Positions 63,000 to 64,000 of a stretch of DNA of 64,000 nucleotides are shown piece after piece; the first letter of the stretch is position 1; each line of letters begins with the position of its first letter. Under the pieces are notes generated by a model. That model was not told the origin of the DNA. It saw only the letters and a list, made by a program, of their open reading frames with translations, and did not search any database. This stretch comes from Octopus bimaculoides. Its lineage: Eukaryota. Made by a program: the position numbers and the translations under genes. The stretch covers positions 3,121,287 through 3,185,286 of the forward strand of contig NC_068992.1 of assembly GCF_001194135.2 (NCBI RefSeq), given 5' to 3'.

Positions 63000-63585
63000 T
63001 GATGCTCTTTGAATAAAGTTGCCAAACAATGCCTCTTTTCATCTGCGTAAAGAATTGCAGAGTTGTTACTTGGGTAATAAATAACATTAATGACTGGTAA
63101 GTTTGAAGCTAAATTTAAGACCGTTCGAACATATGATGCTAAAGATTTAAGAGCCATTGTACCACGGGTTGCAAAGCAAGGGGTCGTACTCAGTTGCATA
63201 TGACACACTGTATAGTAACTGAAAGAAGGATCGCGTAGATTACAACCACGGCTAATAGACAGAATGGGGGATCAGGAATCACAGAGATTGTGTCATATCA
63301 ACATCTGTACACAGTAACATATTATTAAATGCGACGTGTATGCCTTAGCGACATGGGCAAGCTGGTGCGATCTCATACCAGCATGAGACATACATATTTT
63401 TGTGCATGATGAACATTTAAAGAAGGAATGAGAAACTCTCACAACGCTATTGGTATTCATCTCTTTGTTACGAAATTTTCTTTTCATTTCAGCGTGCTTA
63501 ACTTTGTCGAACTCAAAATCTTTAACACGTTCCAAATCGTAAATCTCCATGCTTCTCTGTCTGTCGCAAGTGAGTCAACAGTCAT
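63000..63585 (-). pseudogene. RTE-clade LINE ORF C-terminus with C2H2 zinc finger(s)
   Basis: DSLATDREAWR / ERVKDFEFDKVKHAEMKRKFRNKE / FKCSSCTKICMSHAGMRSHQLAH matches the RTE tail (WE..A.DR..WR..FE..R..KR..RK, then CxxC-x12-HxxxH). Degenerate finger-like traces near 63180-63080. Confidence 0.6.
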
Positions 63586-64000
63586 CTAGATGTGTGTATA
63601 CATGTGTGTGTATATGTGTATGGGTGTGTGTGTATGAATATACACACACATATATATTATATGTATATATATTATATATGATGTATATATGTATATATAT
63701 ATATATATGTAGATAATATATATACATATGTATATATATATACATAAATATATATACATATGTATATATATATATATATATAGATAATATATATACATAT
63801 GTATATATATATATATATACACGTGTATATATATTTATATATATATATAAGTATATGTATATATATATTTATATATATATATAAGTATATGTATATATAT
63901 AAACGTATATATATTTATTTATATATATATATATAAGTATATGTATATATATAAACGTATATATATTTATTTATATATATATATATAAGTATATGTATAT
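63586..64000. repeat. AT-rich compound (TA)n/(TG)n micro/minisatellite
   Basis: Direct read of the sequence. Confidence 0.9.

Overview
AT-rich, microsatellite-dense eukaryotic DNA with many N gaps (largest about 17394-17804, 23765-24628, 29038-29704, 51185-51796). The two tRNA-headed SINE families match those I recall from octopus genomes, so the source is probably Octopus (inference). I found no convincing intact host gene; almost all ORF-track entries are microsatellite or gap artefacts. The window is a transposon graveyard. It holds about 18 SINE copies of two families, 5-6 R4/Dong-type RLE LINE fragments (all clear ones on +), CR1/L2-like, RTE and Penelope-like remnants, and mariner, maT-like, Tc1, pogo/Tigger and hAT transposase relics. 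The main unexplained signal is a set of about 11 type-I hammerhead-ribozyme-like motifs at 7 loci, from four sequence families. Each family has its own self-complementary stem-III palindrome (UCGCGA, CAGCUG, CUUCGAAG, AUAU). Most sit as divergent inverted pairs. Two loci (44073-44167, 55202-55287) are compact ~90-bp palindromes carrying a hammerhead-like motif on each strand. Also notable: a pre-miRNA-like hairpin in apparently unique sequence (32664-32756), SINE chimeras and same-site double insertions, and a mariner with a rescued 233-aa DNA-binding-domain ORF. All alignments and folds were done by eye; no database searches or folding programs were run.
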